40,085 nucleotides of DNA from the NCBI GenBank assembly GCA_013115145.1, contig JAAPAO010000319.1, forward strand, positions 1 to 40,085, given 5' to 3'. Positions 11,731 to 23,100 of the stretch are shown in pieces. Source of the DNA: Perkinsus chesapeaki ATCC PRA-425 (taxonomy: Eukaryota > Protista > Perkinsozoa). Under the pieces are notes generated by a model. It did no database searches, was not told where the DNA came from, and was given only the letters and a program-made list of their open reading frames with translations. Each line of letters opens with the position of its first letter. Positions within the stretch are counted from its first letter, which is position 1. The position numbers and the translations under genes are program-made.

Positions 11731-12086
11731 TCTTCTTGAAGTTTCTAGTGTAACTTCGTTGTCTTGCGCTACCTGATGAAATCTCAGTATTTCATCATTG
11801 ATAGTGTTTAGCGTGACTGATGAAATTCCATAGTTGTGCTATAGAGTTGGTTGCTCACCAGAATAAGCATGAATTAGCATTGGTATTGAATATCAATCGA
11901 AGCTCAGCTGTGCTCATTTCCTTAGCAGCTGGGACCCGAAGTCGCCGGCGGCCCATCTGCCATCCGACGCTCACCAATTTCGTGGCAGTGCCTCGGAAGG
12001 TGTTATCTTCATGTGACTTCCCACGGCTCGCATCTTTATATCATCCACCATCGTTTACATATGGGCTCTTGTCAGTTGACTTTTTA

Positions 12087-13108
12087 ATGCTGAAAAGAAC
12101 ACCTCGGAGCTCGGCCCCATCTCGGGGTTCAGGATCCTCTTCCAGCAAACGTGGTCGTGAGGAAGTTGATCCTGATTTAGTCGCTAAATTTGGGGAGGAG
12201 TTCGGCCCCCGAGACGGCCCGTATAGTATTGCATGCACGAACGAAATCGGGTGAGCTCATTCCACCACGGCGAGGTTAGTGTGCTGTCTCTGCTTCAGAT
12301 CGGCTTGGAAGGCAAATAGTCGAGGTCAGATTGTTCTGGGGAAGAAGGGCAGCCAATGGCACCTTTACATTCGTATGTCCATTAGCGCTGTCCTTTTGTC
12401 TACCATTTTTGCTTTTAACACGGTTTGCCTTTGATACTTGAGCGGCTCATCACTACGATAGCGGTTGGCTTCTCGACCTTCAAACCGTAATAGTACTTAG
12501 TCCAGATTGGGATACTAGGCTCAAGTGGTGCTGGGCGTTCACCAGCACATTCCAGATGCCTCAACGTATGTTACTCTATTAGTCGTGCTTCTTGAGATAC
12601 TCGCATAGGTCGGGAGGTCTACTGAAAATAAATAATATCGAGTCCTCTACGAATTGAACTACCTCTAAGATACTGCCTTTCAGATGAACTGGACACTTCA
12701 GCAGCGGTCGCCAGTCCCTCTCGATCACCCGGTGACACTATGTGCGTTGTAATGCTGGAGCTGGCTGATCGTCCCGGTAGTCTCTGCTCACCGCACTGGC
12801 AGGATCCCCCTCCCTCAGGTTCATTTGTCACCTGTGATCCCTCAGAGGGCACCGTATCATTGACGGATGACGAAAGGCTGTTAGCTTCTGCTTCCTCGAA
12901 GTTCTGGCTGAGAGAGCGAGTGTGGTCGGATGAATGCCAAGATACCTGTACGATCGTCCACCGTTGCGGATCGCCCAAGTCACTTCAGACGTCATCAGCC
13001 CCGTCGGGTATCCAAAAGTCTTTCTTCGACATAGCAACTGGAAGATACGCTGTGATGCTGCTGGCGTCGGCGCAGAATTTGAAGGCGACGCCACATTCCG
13101 ATGTGTAG
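12087..13108 (+). CDS. Hypothetical multi-exon protein; may extend to TAA 13551-13553 (KKLAKLASRRNSYKKKLVELKKK*)
   Basis: Phase-compatible GT-AG introns (12251-12298, from 12373) join MLKRTPRS... to an open exon of about 140 codons ending at 13108; no family recognised. Confidence 0.45.
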
Positions 13109-14045
13109 CTGGAAAACACTACGCCCATCTATCAGCGCTTTTGCTCTTGTGTAGGTCCTGGTAGCTGCGATAGAGGAGCCTAGTGAGATTGAGTAGGATC
13201 ACTCTTCATCGCTCTCTCGTCCCGAGTTGCTCGTTCTGTTATAATGAATGCGAAAGTGAATCATTTGTTTTGTACAGAAGAATACCGAGTTACTGTAGTT
13301 ATTGTCCAAACTAGTTGAGCGCTACAGTGAATCCCATCTAAAACCTTCGCCTCGATTCCCTACCAAATCTGTCAACGCTGCTGTCTGTGCAACTTGAGAG
13401 AAACCCCCGGCCACTTTTGTCCCAAGCCCAGTTTCTGGCGACACAATTTTTTGTCTCTTCCTCTCTATCAGCCTTCTCACGAAAAAGCTGGCCAAGCTGG
13501 CATCCCGTCGTAATTCCTATAAGAAGAAGCTTGTTGAATTGAAGAAGAAGTAAGGCCACAGTCTGCGCGTTAACAGTATAACAGTTGTTATACAGTCCTC
13601 CAAACTAACTTAGAATATCACGTTTTTGTGACCAATCTCTGCCAGATTTGCGACTCTGTGCCCCAAACTCAGTGAGTCTCGTTCTTATATGGCCTTCAAT
13701 ATACCACCCAAGTTTCAGCATCTTACTGGTTATTGAGAACTGAGAGATGTATGTGCCCGTTTATATTCCAACGCCAAAAGTGACTCAGGCGTATCCATTC
13801 TATGCAACTGCCGAAAATGTTTAATGCTGTAATTGTCACTGTATAGTTCATCGGGGCTGGAATGTAACTAGTGTCGAGAGACTCTACAGTCGTTGTCCTA
13901 GTTGAACCGGTTGTTGCGATAAGTAACGTATCATAAGCTCCATTGTGTTACTAGCAGAGGCAGGTATTGGTATTGAAGTCTCGCTCGGAATTTGGACATA
14001 GTAGGGATAGTCTAGCTAGGTCATTTTCGGCGTAGGACTATAAAC

Positions 14046-14408
14046 TCACACACACGCAGAAGTTGAAAAGTCAATGTGAAATGAAAAGGTTTGAGTTCGT
14101 ACCAAGCTGTCGTTCTCAGATTTGAGGAGGCCAAGGAGCTTGTACAGTCGCTCAAAAAGGATATACAATCCACCGAAAAGTACAGCCACATGCCCGTGAA
14201 AGATGATTGCCATTTGTAGGGAGCTTGAGGAGGCGAAGAAGCGAAAGCTCGACGAGAGTACTTCCACTACGGCCTCTACCGTACTGTGACGGCCGAGCCC
14301 ACTTGCTGTTTCTAACCAAGTCGCACAGCGGCTTTGCAGAATTCGCGATTGTTGTTGTATTAGTTGTGATGCTCGCCATTTGTTCTTGCCATCTGTGTTG
14401 TCTGACAC
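14046..14408 (-). CDS. Possible hypothetical protein exon(s) with one hydrophobic segment
   Basis: 120-codon ATG ORF divergent from the PPX gene; no motif recognised. Confidence 0.25.
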   Translation of the reverse strand: MSDNTDGKNKWRASQLIQQQSRILQSRCATWLETASGLGRHSTVEAVVEVLSSSFRFFASSSSLQMAIIFHGHVAVLFGGLYILFERLYKLLGLLKSENDSLVRTQTFSFHIDFSTSACV

Positions 14409-14546
14409 GGTGAGCGTGTTTGCTTTCGGATGAGCTATCTGCTCATGTCATTGAATGCCCACAGTCTCTTGCCTTTTATGTCTGGGTTGGGTTGCTCGCC
14501 CGATGAGAGAAATGCGTTACCGTCTAGTATCTTGTTATTGAATTAG

Positions 14547-16124
14547 ATGTCATCATCAACCTTTTTGCAGTGGGTATCTCAGCACACAGCAACGGCACTG
14601 AGAAGCCGCGTTAACAAGGCTACTGGTCCGATAGTAGGCGTAGTTGGAAATCAAGCTGCAGACGCCGACAGCATAATATCCGCTGCGGTGAGTATCACTA
14701 TTGCATTCTCTACCTTAGATGTATTTCAGGCTTTGGCGTACATCCGAGATATTGGTGGCAATCGCCGCTACCAGCCCTTCGTACAGTGCGACGAAGAGGA
14801 TCTCTCTCTCAGGCCTGAGGTACGAACTGCACATCCGCGGCGCACTGGACGGTTGTCTCAGGTTGGCCTGCTGTGGACACGTTTCACGAAGTCACCTAAA
14901 GTCGCGCTGCCTTCCACCAAAGCCGGCATACCGTCTGCAGTTGATAGTTGGGTTATTGTCGACCATAACGAGCTCACTTTGAAAGGCTCCAGTGCTCCTG
15001 TTATAAGCATAGTTGACCATCATGTCGATTCTGGAAAGTACTCCTACACTGCACATGACTATCGGTTTACTCGAGCTCGTCTTTAGGTATCCGGAACTCC
15101 GGGGCGAGGCCCGGGTCATAGAGCCAGTCGGCAGCTGTTGCACGCTTGTGGCACGGGAATATCTCGACAGCTCCAAGCCCGAGATGGTTGATGTCCCTTT
15201 ATGCGGCATTCTTCTTGGTGTCATTCTACTGGACACTGTTAACATGAGCACTGAGGCCGCTAAGGTCAGTTACCAGCTCCGAGTCGCGGTTAAGGCACCC
15301 GTGGCTTCAGGCAACAGCGGTTGACTGGGATGTTGTCGAGCGACTCTCCGCAGTGGTCGGCTTCGACGAGCACCAGAGGACGAGCCTCTTTAGAGAGCTT
15401 CAGCAGGCCAAGACCGATCCCAAAATGTGGGAAAGGATGTCACCCCGACAACTTGTAGACTATGATTATAAGTAGGCCACTCTTCGGTTAGTTATTATGC
15501 GAGCGGCACTCAGTGGTTCATCCAGTACAAGCCTTCTTCGAGCGCTATGTTCTAAGCTGGTTTGTTCGGCACGCAGCCCTTGATACAGTTTCGTATCGTT
15601 CCCTTGCCGTTTAAAGTTTATTTTATATAGCTCTTGCCCACCTTGATTGCTGTAGATATTTTGACTCTGGCATCGGCGTAGGCATGAGCAGCTTATTGGT
15701 GCCTCTACGAGATGTAGCACGTGAATGTGTTGATAACATTCGTAGCCGAGGAAGTGATGCTCCAAGGCTCTGGGTAATGCGAAAAATAGTAAGCGGAGCG
15801 AAGCAAGATCGTACGGCAGGTTTTGATGTCCTGCTTCACAAACCCAGCGGGCCACATTTGCAGAGAGCTTCTCGTATGTGTGAAGGAGCCCGAAAAGGAT
15901 GCCGCACTGTTGTCTTCCATTGTGAGCTTCCTCGAGGGAAAGGAGATTCTTCAGCTGAAGAGAATGGATACAGTAAGACACATATTCGCCGCCTCTTCGG
16001 AGAGCCGTCTTCTTGTCAGGAGATTCCCGGAGCGGTGGCGTACCACCAGGGAAATGTTAAAGCCAGCCGAAAGAAGGTGGCTCCAGTTCTCTGCGAGTTC
16101 CTCAATTCCCAATGCAGATGTTGA
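14547..16124 (+). CDS. PPX1: Exopolyphosphatase PPX1/Prune (DHH-DHHA2 family), multi-exon
   Basis: GNQAADADS, VDHN, IVDHH, VGSCCTLV, ILLDTVNM, DYDYK, MSSL, RELLV, QGNVKASRKKVAP; TGA at 16122-16124. Confidence 0.93.
15793..15804 (+). other. Intronic 12-mer GCGGAGCGAAGC, copy 2 (intron 15774-15819)
   Basis: Exact match; the intron joins ...APRLW to VLMSCF... Confidence 0.8.
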
Positions 16125-16461
16125 ACGAACACACCCATCCATTGTGTTTAGAGTGATTTCTTACATTATCGGTGTTTGTTATTTGTCAATCTGGGTCACA
16201 TGCGGCCGCAAGTTAGACTGAACACTACGCTCGTCACTATCATAGTGACACTATGATACCCTTGTATCTGTTGAACCCTTGTGACACTATGTTGGGCTTC
16301 CAATCATCTAATGAAAATGCGCTTGTGTGACTTTACTTTTGTGAATGCCATAGTTCATCCATAAAAAGGTCTTCTCTCCCCGATATGGTTTAATACGATC
16401 TTGCATAAGATTCACGTTTACGTTATATTGATAGGGCTCCTTCAGTTGTCGTGTTATCACC

Positions 16462-19400
16462 ATGTTCTCATGGCTAGGTGTACACGACCCGAGGGAGCCT
16501 GTAAATGAAAATGAATCTCGAGTCACTGAAGATCACGCTCTCTCTGACATTGCTCGCTCTGAGCTTTCCGTGGAAGCATCACCTCACCACACTCCCGCCT
16601 GGGTCTCATGGCTCAGGGATCAGACCGGAGCTTCTCCCTCCGCTGAGGAGTTAGAACAAGATGAAGGCTCTTCTTGGGGCATGTCAAGTGACAGCGATTC
16701 TGCCGCGGAAGTTGTTACGGGACAGCCGACGCGATCAAGCATTGTGCCACCATTGAGGTTGGACAAGTTGCCCACGTATGAAGAGGAATCGCCGATGCCA
16801 TCCGAGTCCAACGAAGGGGCTTTGGAGGGAATAGCGGACAAAGTCGTTGGGTGGTTCAGCAAACCTGATGGCAAGAAAGCCTCTGGCGACTCATGGAGCA
16901 TATCGAGCGAAAGCGATCGCGGCATGCAAGAAAACGATAGGGAGCTTCCGATGAGTGATGAACCAGTCAATGATCCTCAACCAGCGGAGAGGAGTGGAGG
17001 TGTCGTGAAGTGGTTCGAAAAGCTAGTCGAGACAGTGACCGATGATCATGATGAGACAAAAGATGGTGAACCTCTTACCGCGCCCGCAGTTCGACCCTCC
17101 GAGGATGACTCGCTGGATGAAGACCCGGACAGCGCCGACAGTGATAAGTCAGCCCCTGCGATAGAGACGTCCGTACCGGAATGGTGGAGCTCGGCAACTG
17201 CCGTCACTAGCAATACAGGAAGCAAATCTTGGGAGAGCCTGTCGGTGATGGTAGGGGATTTCAAGCCACCCTCATTAGATAGTGTTAGCTGGTCTGAGTC
17301 TTCTGATGGAGATATCGAGGATACCCTCAACGAGCCCATCATCCTCGACGCACAAAATGCAGGTGTGACTACCTTGGACGGGCGTACATATGATTATGTT
17401 GGAGACGAGTCGGATGATGTTTTGGTGGTAGCCGACCTGGAGCAGATGAATCGCGTACCAGAATCGGAGGCGAAACAAGAGCCCACGGTAAGGGACCTTG
17501 CGAGATCCTTCGAGGGAACCGCACCAACTGCATCCGAGCTCAACGAAGTCAAACTAAAACCAGCAAAGCCGCAAAAGAAGAGGTCTGCGACAGGGAAAAG
17601 GGGGAGTGAACTGACGGATAGCAAAGAGCAGCGAACAGCCCCTCCAAGGAAGGAAGGGAGGAGCTCTTCTCTACTTGAAGCAATGCAGAATAGAGATAAG
17701 CCTGGGCTTGAAGCAATGCAGAATAGAGATAAGCCTGGGCTTGAAGCAATGCAGAATAAGAATAGTGATCTATCGATTACAGTGGATGGCCAAGTAAAGC
17801 AGGTCACAGAGAGGATTAGTATGAAAAAAGAAACCGCTACGGTTACAGACGGTGCGAGTAGAATAGATGCCACTAGAGAACTCAGTTGGCAGAAAATAAC
17901 TCTACCCAAAGTTAACAATGACGGCGTAGCTGTTGGCATAGATGATATTGTCAGAAAAGAGGAGCCATCGGAAGAGAGGCTTGAGGAAGGTGTCGCATTC
18001 ACCGAGCCGATACTAGTCGACTGTGATCTGATATCAGAAGAAGTACAACGAAGGAAGGGCGAGGATTCGACCATGGTCACCCGGCAACCCGACGATGAAG
18101 TTGATGTTGGCGATCGTCCTCTACTTGATGGAAATGCAAACTTCGAAGTATCATCATCCAAAGAGTTACCATATGAACAAGATGAGGGTGTAGCTACTGA
18201 TAGGGGTAGCATCGGTAGTGAAGAAGAAGTTATTGAGCTGGATGACTATGACGATTGGCGGCACGATCGGCATGCTGGCGAAACGGCAACTGAACTGTCA
18301 CATGTGGAGGGGCTAGGAAAGGATATTTATTCTCTGAACATCGAATCCCAGCAAGAACCAGAAAGCTTTAGTGCAAAGCTAGACTATACTAAAGAGAGCG
18401 ATCATAGCAAGACCAAGCACCGAAACCTTATAAGAGATCTAGAACAGCCGAACGGCCAAGAATGTCGGCTCGTCGAAAGCAATGCCTTAGTGACTAATGA
18501 ACTCTGTGATGGTAACAAATTATCACCGGACCATATGGCCGCGGAAGAAGAGAGCTTCCGTATCGTATATCGCCAAAGCACCGCATCTTTGCAAAGCTTC
18601 GGTAGCGACACGGATAACAGGAGGAATATTGGCATTGCCGATTATAGCCCTAGTCGGCGAAGCGAGTCTTCAATGGGGTCTCATCCAGGAAGCACAGAGA
18701 GTTTAACAAGTCCCGCAACTGTTGTACTAGAGACAGTCTACTCACGTTGCGCTGGCGACACCTCCGAGGTGACCCTGGCCGACTTCTGCCCAGACATCAG
18801 TGCCACTGAGTTCGATGCAGATGAATACGTGAGGAAGATTGAGCACGGACATAGCCCTTGTCCTGCTGAACGGCGCCTCCTTAGACAAGCCTTCCTCAGT
18901 GGCTATGATGATGCACTCCTCGCAGTTGAGAGAGACGAGATCTGTAGCGGCTTTGAAAGGGTTCATGAGGAGCCTTCTGCTGTATTCATCGAACTGAGTG
19001 AGAGAAGGCGACAACGGGAGTCCCGCCGGACGACTATTGGTAGTTTGCAAACAGCGCCCATACAGACGTCTAAACAAAATCGAAGAGCGATAACAGCGAC
19101 CGTTCCTAAACATCGGGAGGAGACTCTTGACACTCCTCAGCGGCATGCATATATAACTGAGGCCATCACACCTACGGCACCCACGGAATACATCGAGCTT
19201 GAGGACTCCCCTCTGAGTGTTACCGAGGTACGGGAGGAGTGCTCAATGAGGATGCCATCCCGGTTCGATGAAGCTAAGATAGAAATAGATGAAGTGCTCA
19301 TGGAGCGTCAAATCGATGGCAAGAGTAGAAAGGAGGCCTCTGGTAAGTATTCGTCTGAGTGTTCTTTTCATTCAGATTTGCACATTGGGTCGGGCGGGTC

Positions 19401-19497
19401 TTTCCTAGACATACCCGTCACCATTCCCTTGAGCCACAGGAAGGTCAATAGCCGGAAGCCTCGTCGACAACGCAGACCTCGCCTTCCATGCCTGTGA
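16462..19497 (+). CDS. Intronless 1011-aa acidic, Ser-rich, probably disordered protein of unknown function
   Basis: Uninterrupted 3036-nt ORF, D/E/S-rich, basic C-terminus; no domain recognised. Confidence 0.8.
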   Translation: MFSWLGVHDPREPVNENESRVTEDHALSDIARSELSVEASPHHTPAWVSWLRDQTGASPSAEELEQDEGSSWGMSSDSDSAAEVVTGQPTRSSIVPPLRLDKLPTYEEESPMPSESNEGALEGIADKVVGWFSKPDGKKASGDSWSISSESDRGMQENDRELPMSDEPVNDPQPAERSGGVVKWFEKLVETVTDDHDETKDGEPLTAPAVRPSEDDSLDEDPDSADSDKSAPAIETSVPEWWSSATAVTSNTGSKSWESLSVMVGDFKPPSLDSVSWSESSDGDIEDTLNEPIILDAQNAGVTTLDGRTYDYVGDESDDVLVVADLEQMNRVPESEAKQEPTVRDLARSFEGTAPTASELNEVKLKPAKPQKKRSATGKRGSELTDSKEQRTAPPRKEGRSSSLLEAMQNRDKPGLEAMQNRDKPGLEAMQNKNSDLSITVDGQVKQVTERISMKKETATVTDGASRIDATRELSWQKITLPKVNNDGVAVGIDDIVRKEEPSEERLEEGVAFTEPILVDCDLISEEVQRRKGEDSTMVTRQPDDEVDVGDRPLLDGNANFEVSSSKELPYEQDEGVATDRGSIGSEEEVIELDDYDDWRHDRHAGETATELSHVEGLGKDIYSLNIESQQEPESFSAKLDYTKESDHSKTKHRNLIRDLEQPNGQECRLVESNALVTNELCDGNKLSPDHMAAEEESFRIVYRQSTASLQSFGSDTDNRRNIGIADYSPSRRSESSMGSHPGSTESLTSPATVVLETVYSRCAGDTSEVTLADFCPDISATEFDADEYVRKIEHGHSPCPAERRLLRQAFLSGYDDALLAVERDEICSGFERVHEEPSAVFIELSERRRQRESRRTTIGSLQTAPIQTSKQNRRAITATVPKHREETLDTPQRHAYITEAITPTAPTEYIELEDSPLSVTEVREECSMRMPSRFDEAKIEIDEVLMERQIDGKSRKEASGKYSSECSFHSDLHIGSGGSFLDIPVTIPLSHRKVNSRKPRRQRRPRLPCL
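17674..17760 (+). repeat. 33-bp in-frame tandem repeat (LEAMQNRDKPG), about 2.6 copies
   Basis: CTTGAAGCAATGCAGAATAGAGATAAGCCTGGG at 17674 and 17707, partial copy at 17740. Confidence 0.95.
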
Positions 19498-20127
19498 TAT
19501 TTACCAGTGTATCCGTTATTGTGTTAGTCCAGTTGCTGCCAGTATCGGCCTGACTGTCCGACATCATCGAAATATTTACTCGCGGCCTCCGCGATCGCTA
19601 CGAAGTGGTGCGCATTGGCCCTTAGCGGTTGGAATCTCGAGCTTGCTACGATCACTGTCAACTACGTTCCCACACAATTGCAATATAGAATAGCAGCAGC
19701 CGGTTTATGATTTAGGCGTTGCCACGTTACTAGAAAATCGAAGCAGAGATATTCCCTTCTGAATGAGGGAATACTATGGTGATTTATTTAGCCCATCATA
19801 CCACAAGCTTTCTGAACTCGAGTCCCAAAGAATCATGCCTGAGCAGCTTACTCAGTTTGAAACATTGAGTACTGTGAACTAAACATTGGTTCCTTTGATG
19901 ACAAGGTTTCGAGAAATACCGGAGAAGAGACGAGATACCAGCTCCTGGTAACCAGGGCGATACTCAAATCGACGGGTACGATTAAGTGTCTGTCGCATGT
20001 AACATCCAACAGGGTCTCATACCGTCGCTTTCATGTAGCTAAACTTTAGTGACTAAGGTAGTATTATTCGTGGGATTCGACCGACTGACCCACTCATAAT
20101 TGATAATAATTTGTAAAACATGGAGCG

Positions 20128-23100
20128 ATGACCAATTTGTATTGGAGACATTCTCCTTATCAACCCACTTTGGTTCTTCTCAGTACTCAGTACGGAGACT
20201 ACAGCAGCATCAGTGAGCGTCGTGGCCTGGCACAGTATATTCGGGCACTGAAGCGAAAACCGGCTCGTGGAGGCAGCTTTCTGTCATCTACACACATTCC
20301 TCCTATCTTGTTGCATACAAACTCTTTCAAATATGGCCAACGGTACACTCCTTGCTCGCCGACATTCACTGTTGGAAACCCAGCGAAAGGGGGGATGATT
20401 GCGGACGTATCTGGACAGTCACCATGTTCTCCACAACGAGGTTCTCCTTCGATGCTCTGAATTTCATGTATTGCATGGCACGCAATGAACCACGGCGCGG
20501 CGCCACTGGGCTCCAGCCACCAAACGCTGAGGAGGGCCTCGGATACCCTTTTTATAGAACGGTTCAAAGATACTCCCGCTTTCATAACTGGAAGGCTGGT
20601 GGTGTTTCTGGCCGCCTCACTTGTTCCTTCGTTACTGCTCCGATACCTTCATGTGTTGAGGACATCGGTATCCGTGGTTTCGCAACGAATTCGGGTACAC
20701 CTTGACTATAGACAGTGGCGCCTATGGCTCCGAGTGCAGGGCGGAGCCATTCTGGCGGTCGGCCAGAGCTGGCATTCCGAGTGTAGCCATAGCGGGATCA
20801 AGTCACTCGTTTTCTGGTACAAACACAACAGTCAAGGTCTTAGACCAAGAGGGATCAACCATCAGAAAATGCCGGCTTGGTACTATAAAGAGATACCGTC
20901 GGGCACGGGACAATCACATCTACACGAATGAACTTATGAATAGCCTCAAATGGTAGTATTGCTTGAGCGGAATACCATCCCGCGGGAATTCCTTGATTCG
21001 AGGCACATGTTCCTACCGGGACGACGCGGTGGGTAAGTGCTTCCCAGCACCGACCAGTGTCAAGGAGAGCACCGAAATCCCAGTCAAGAAAAGTATACGT
21101 AGCTATTAGCAAAAAAAATCGGACCACCGTGTCACAAGGATGCATACAGGGCAGAAAAGCAGAGCAATTCTGTGTCTCAAGCTCAGTTTGGAGCGCGAAG
21201 TGCGAGGCAGCCAAAGCATTTCTCGCTGCATGAGTAACTGAAATATAGTCTAGCGAACGGTGCCAAGTTTCCTGTGGTGCTCTGGCAGTTACCACTTCAA
21301 TCGCGATTGTCGTCTGAGCATGGCAATAGGTGTGAATCACACCGTGTGATGGTATTGAGATGCAGCAATGGAGCCGGTTCTGTGTGTGTGTCACACGTGT
21401 GTGAGTTTCAAGTCCAACGCTGGATTTGCCTTAATGAGAATATCGATTCTATGTGCATGTTGTAGTATAAGTCATCATTTGCTCCTCGCCATGGAGCTTC
21501 GTAAATTGCGATTCTTAGCTTCGCGGAGCTGTGCCCGCTCCGTCACATCTCTTATTTATCTCTTCCCTCGAACATGTCGAGTTCACACCCCCACAGGTCC
21601 CAGTGCCTTATCGTGGCTTGGGGGCCTATACTGGGATCGAGCTGCCACCCTTCTCTGAGCGAAGCTCTTACATCCACTTAACGAGTGCGATAGAGTGTGG
21701 CTTATGGCTCACGTACTCCCCTTGAGGAGTTGCTCCCTCGTAGCCCTTTCTTATGTCTTTAGCGTTCTTCTTCTGTCTTTAGCATTCTCTAAGTTGCGGC
21801 GACACTGTTACCAACAACTCCGACGTGGTCGACGACAGCCCTGAGGACGCATGCTACGTTATTCTCTTCTTTCCGTGGACATCTCCCAGGGGTTCGCCTT
21901 GCTGTAAACGTGGAGGGCTGGTCAGTGATCACTGGTCATCTTGGTTGAGCTCTACCTCTCATTGCTTTCCCCGGCTGAGATCAAGCGGGCCTGCACATCG
22001 CGGACTGACAGACCGCCGGTGGTCCGGATCAGCTCTATTTCCTCCCCTAAGAACAGCACTCGCAGTGTGCCTACTGTGACTCATCAGTAAATCGTTCTCA
22101 TCATTTCTCTAGGTATCGCAAGTCTGGCGGCTACCTCTAAGGCAGGCGGAGCAAGGGTCACTTTCTGTTGTACGAGTTAGTGGCATTCGTAAGGGTATGG
22201 GCGATTGGCCTATGGCCCGCAATGCCCGGCATAACCTTTGAGTTGAGTTCACAATCAACAATACATCCCTATGGTCTCCAGGAGTCTTCGACAACATATC
22301 TCTGAGCTCCAACTCAAACTGAATCGCCAGAGGGCTTCAGAATGTATCAGGTTGACACTACCAACCGCCCGATTCTTACCGAATCAGCCTGCAGCAAGGC
22401 ACTTTCCTTATCGATGCCCTACCAACTTAGTGGATTTACCGGTGAGACCTCAAGGAGAAAGAACCCCGACGGTTGTGCCTCAAGTATACAATGTGTAGAT
22501 GTGACCGCCTCCGGCGGTCACATCTACGGTTACTATACCGCCCCTAGGGGCCTGTCAATTCAGTTCCGACAACATCTCGGGCCGGGATTTCCGGCTGGTT
22601 CTAATATTCCATACATCCGCTTACCTTCAGGCTGTACATCTGATATTAATGTTATTTCTGACAATAAGCTTCAATACTACCCGGAAGAGTTGCTGAAAGT
22701 AAAGATATTGAAGGATGGCTGAATCGTTATGGTAGCTTCTGTAGCATGTCTGCATGGTCAGCGGCTAACCGCCGATATTTCCACCGGATGTCTCAGATGA
22801 GGATGCTGCGAAGCTAATCATAGAGAAGCTGCAATCGGTCCATGACGCTACTGAGCGCAGAGCTTTTCAGATACTTCTTGCTTTAACTTTTCAGCCAGGC
22901 AAGGCAAATGCCAATATCGATCTCCATGCCGCGCAGGTCAGAGAAATTGCGGCTATTGCATTGCACACGCTTGATGCCGTGGCTTCCGAGTTCTTATACT
23001 GTGAGTTCTTCTGGAAATCTATTCCTTGAACCGCTGCAGCTAAGCAACTACCTACAACAACTCTCGTATATGGGAGGCTGGCCCTCAACATCTAACCTAT

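Noticed and set aside
11773-11830. Hammerhead ribozyme or box C/D snoRNA (CTGATGA)
   Set aside because: No stem II followed by GAAA core and no properly placed box D or terminal stem.
12733-12745. SP6-promoter-like GGTGACACTAT (vector contamination)
   Set aside because: Short chance match inside an open exon, with no vector context.
16620-19146. Minus-strand ORFs such as 17394-18212 (272 aa)
   Set aside because: Antisense shadows of the 1011-aa ORF, with Ser-rich composition typical of such shadows.
20385-20420. RdRp GDD motif (ERGDDCGR)
   Set aside because: Lacks flanking hydrophobic strands and motifs A and B.
20700-21080. Retroviral protease motifs (TIDSGA on plus, ALLDTG on minus)
   Set aside because: Isolated short matches on opposite strands with no downstream RT, RNase H or integrase motifs and no LTRs found.
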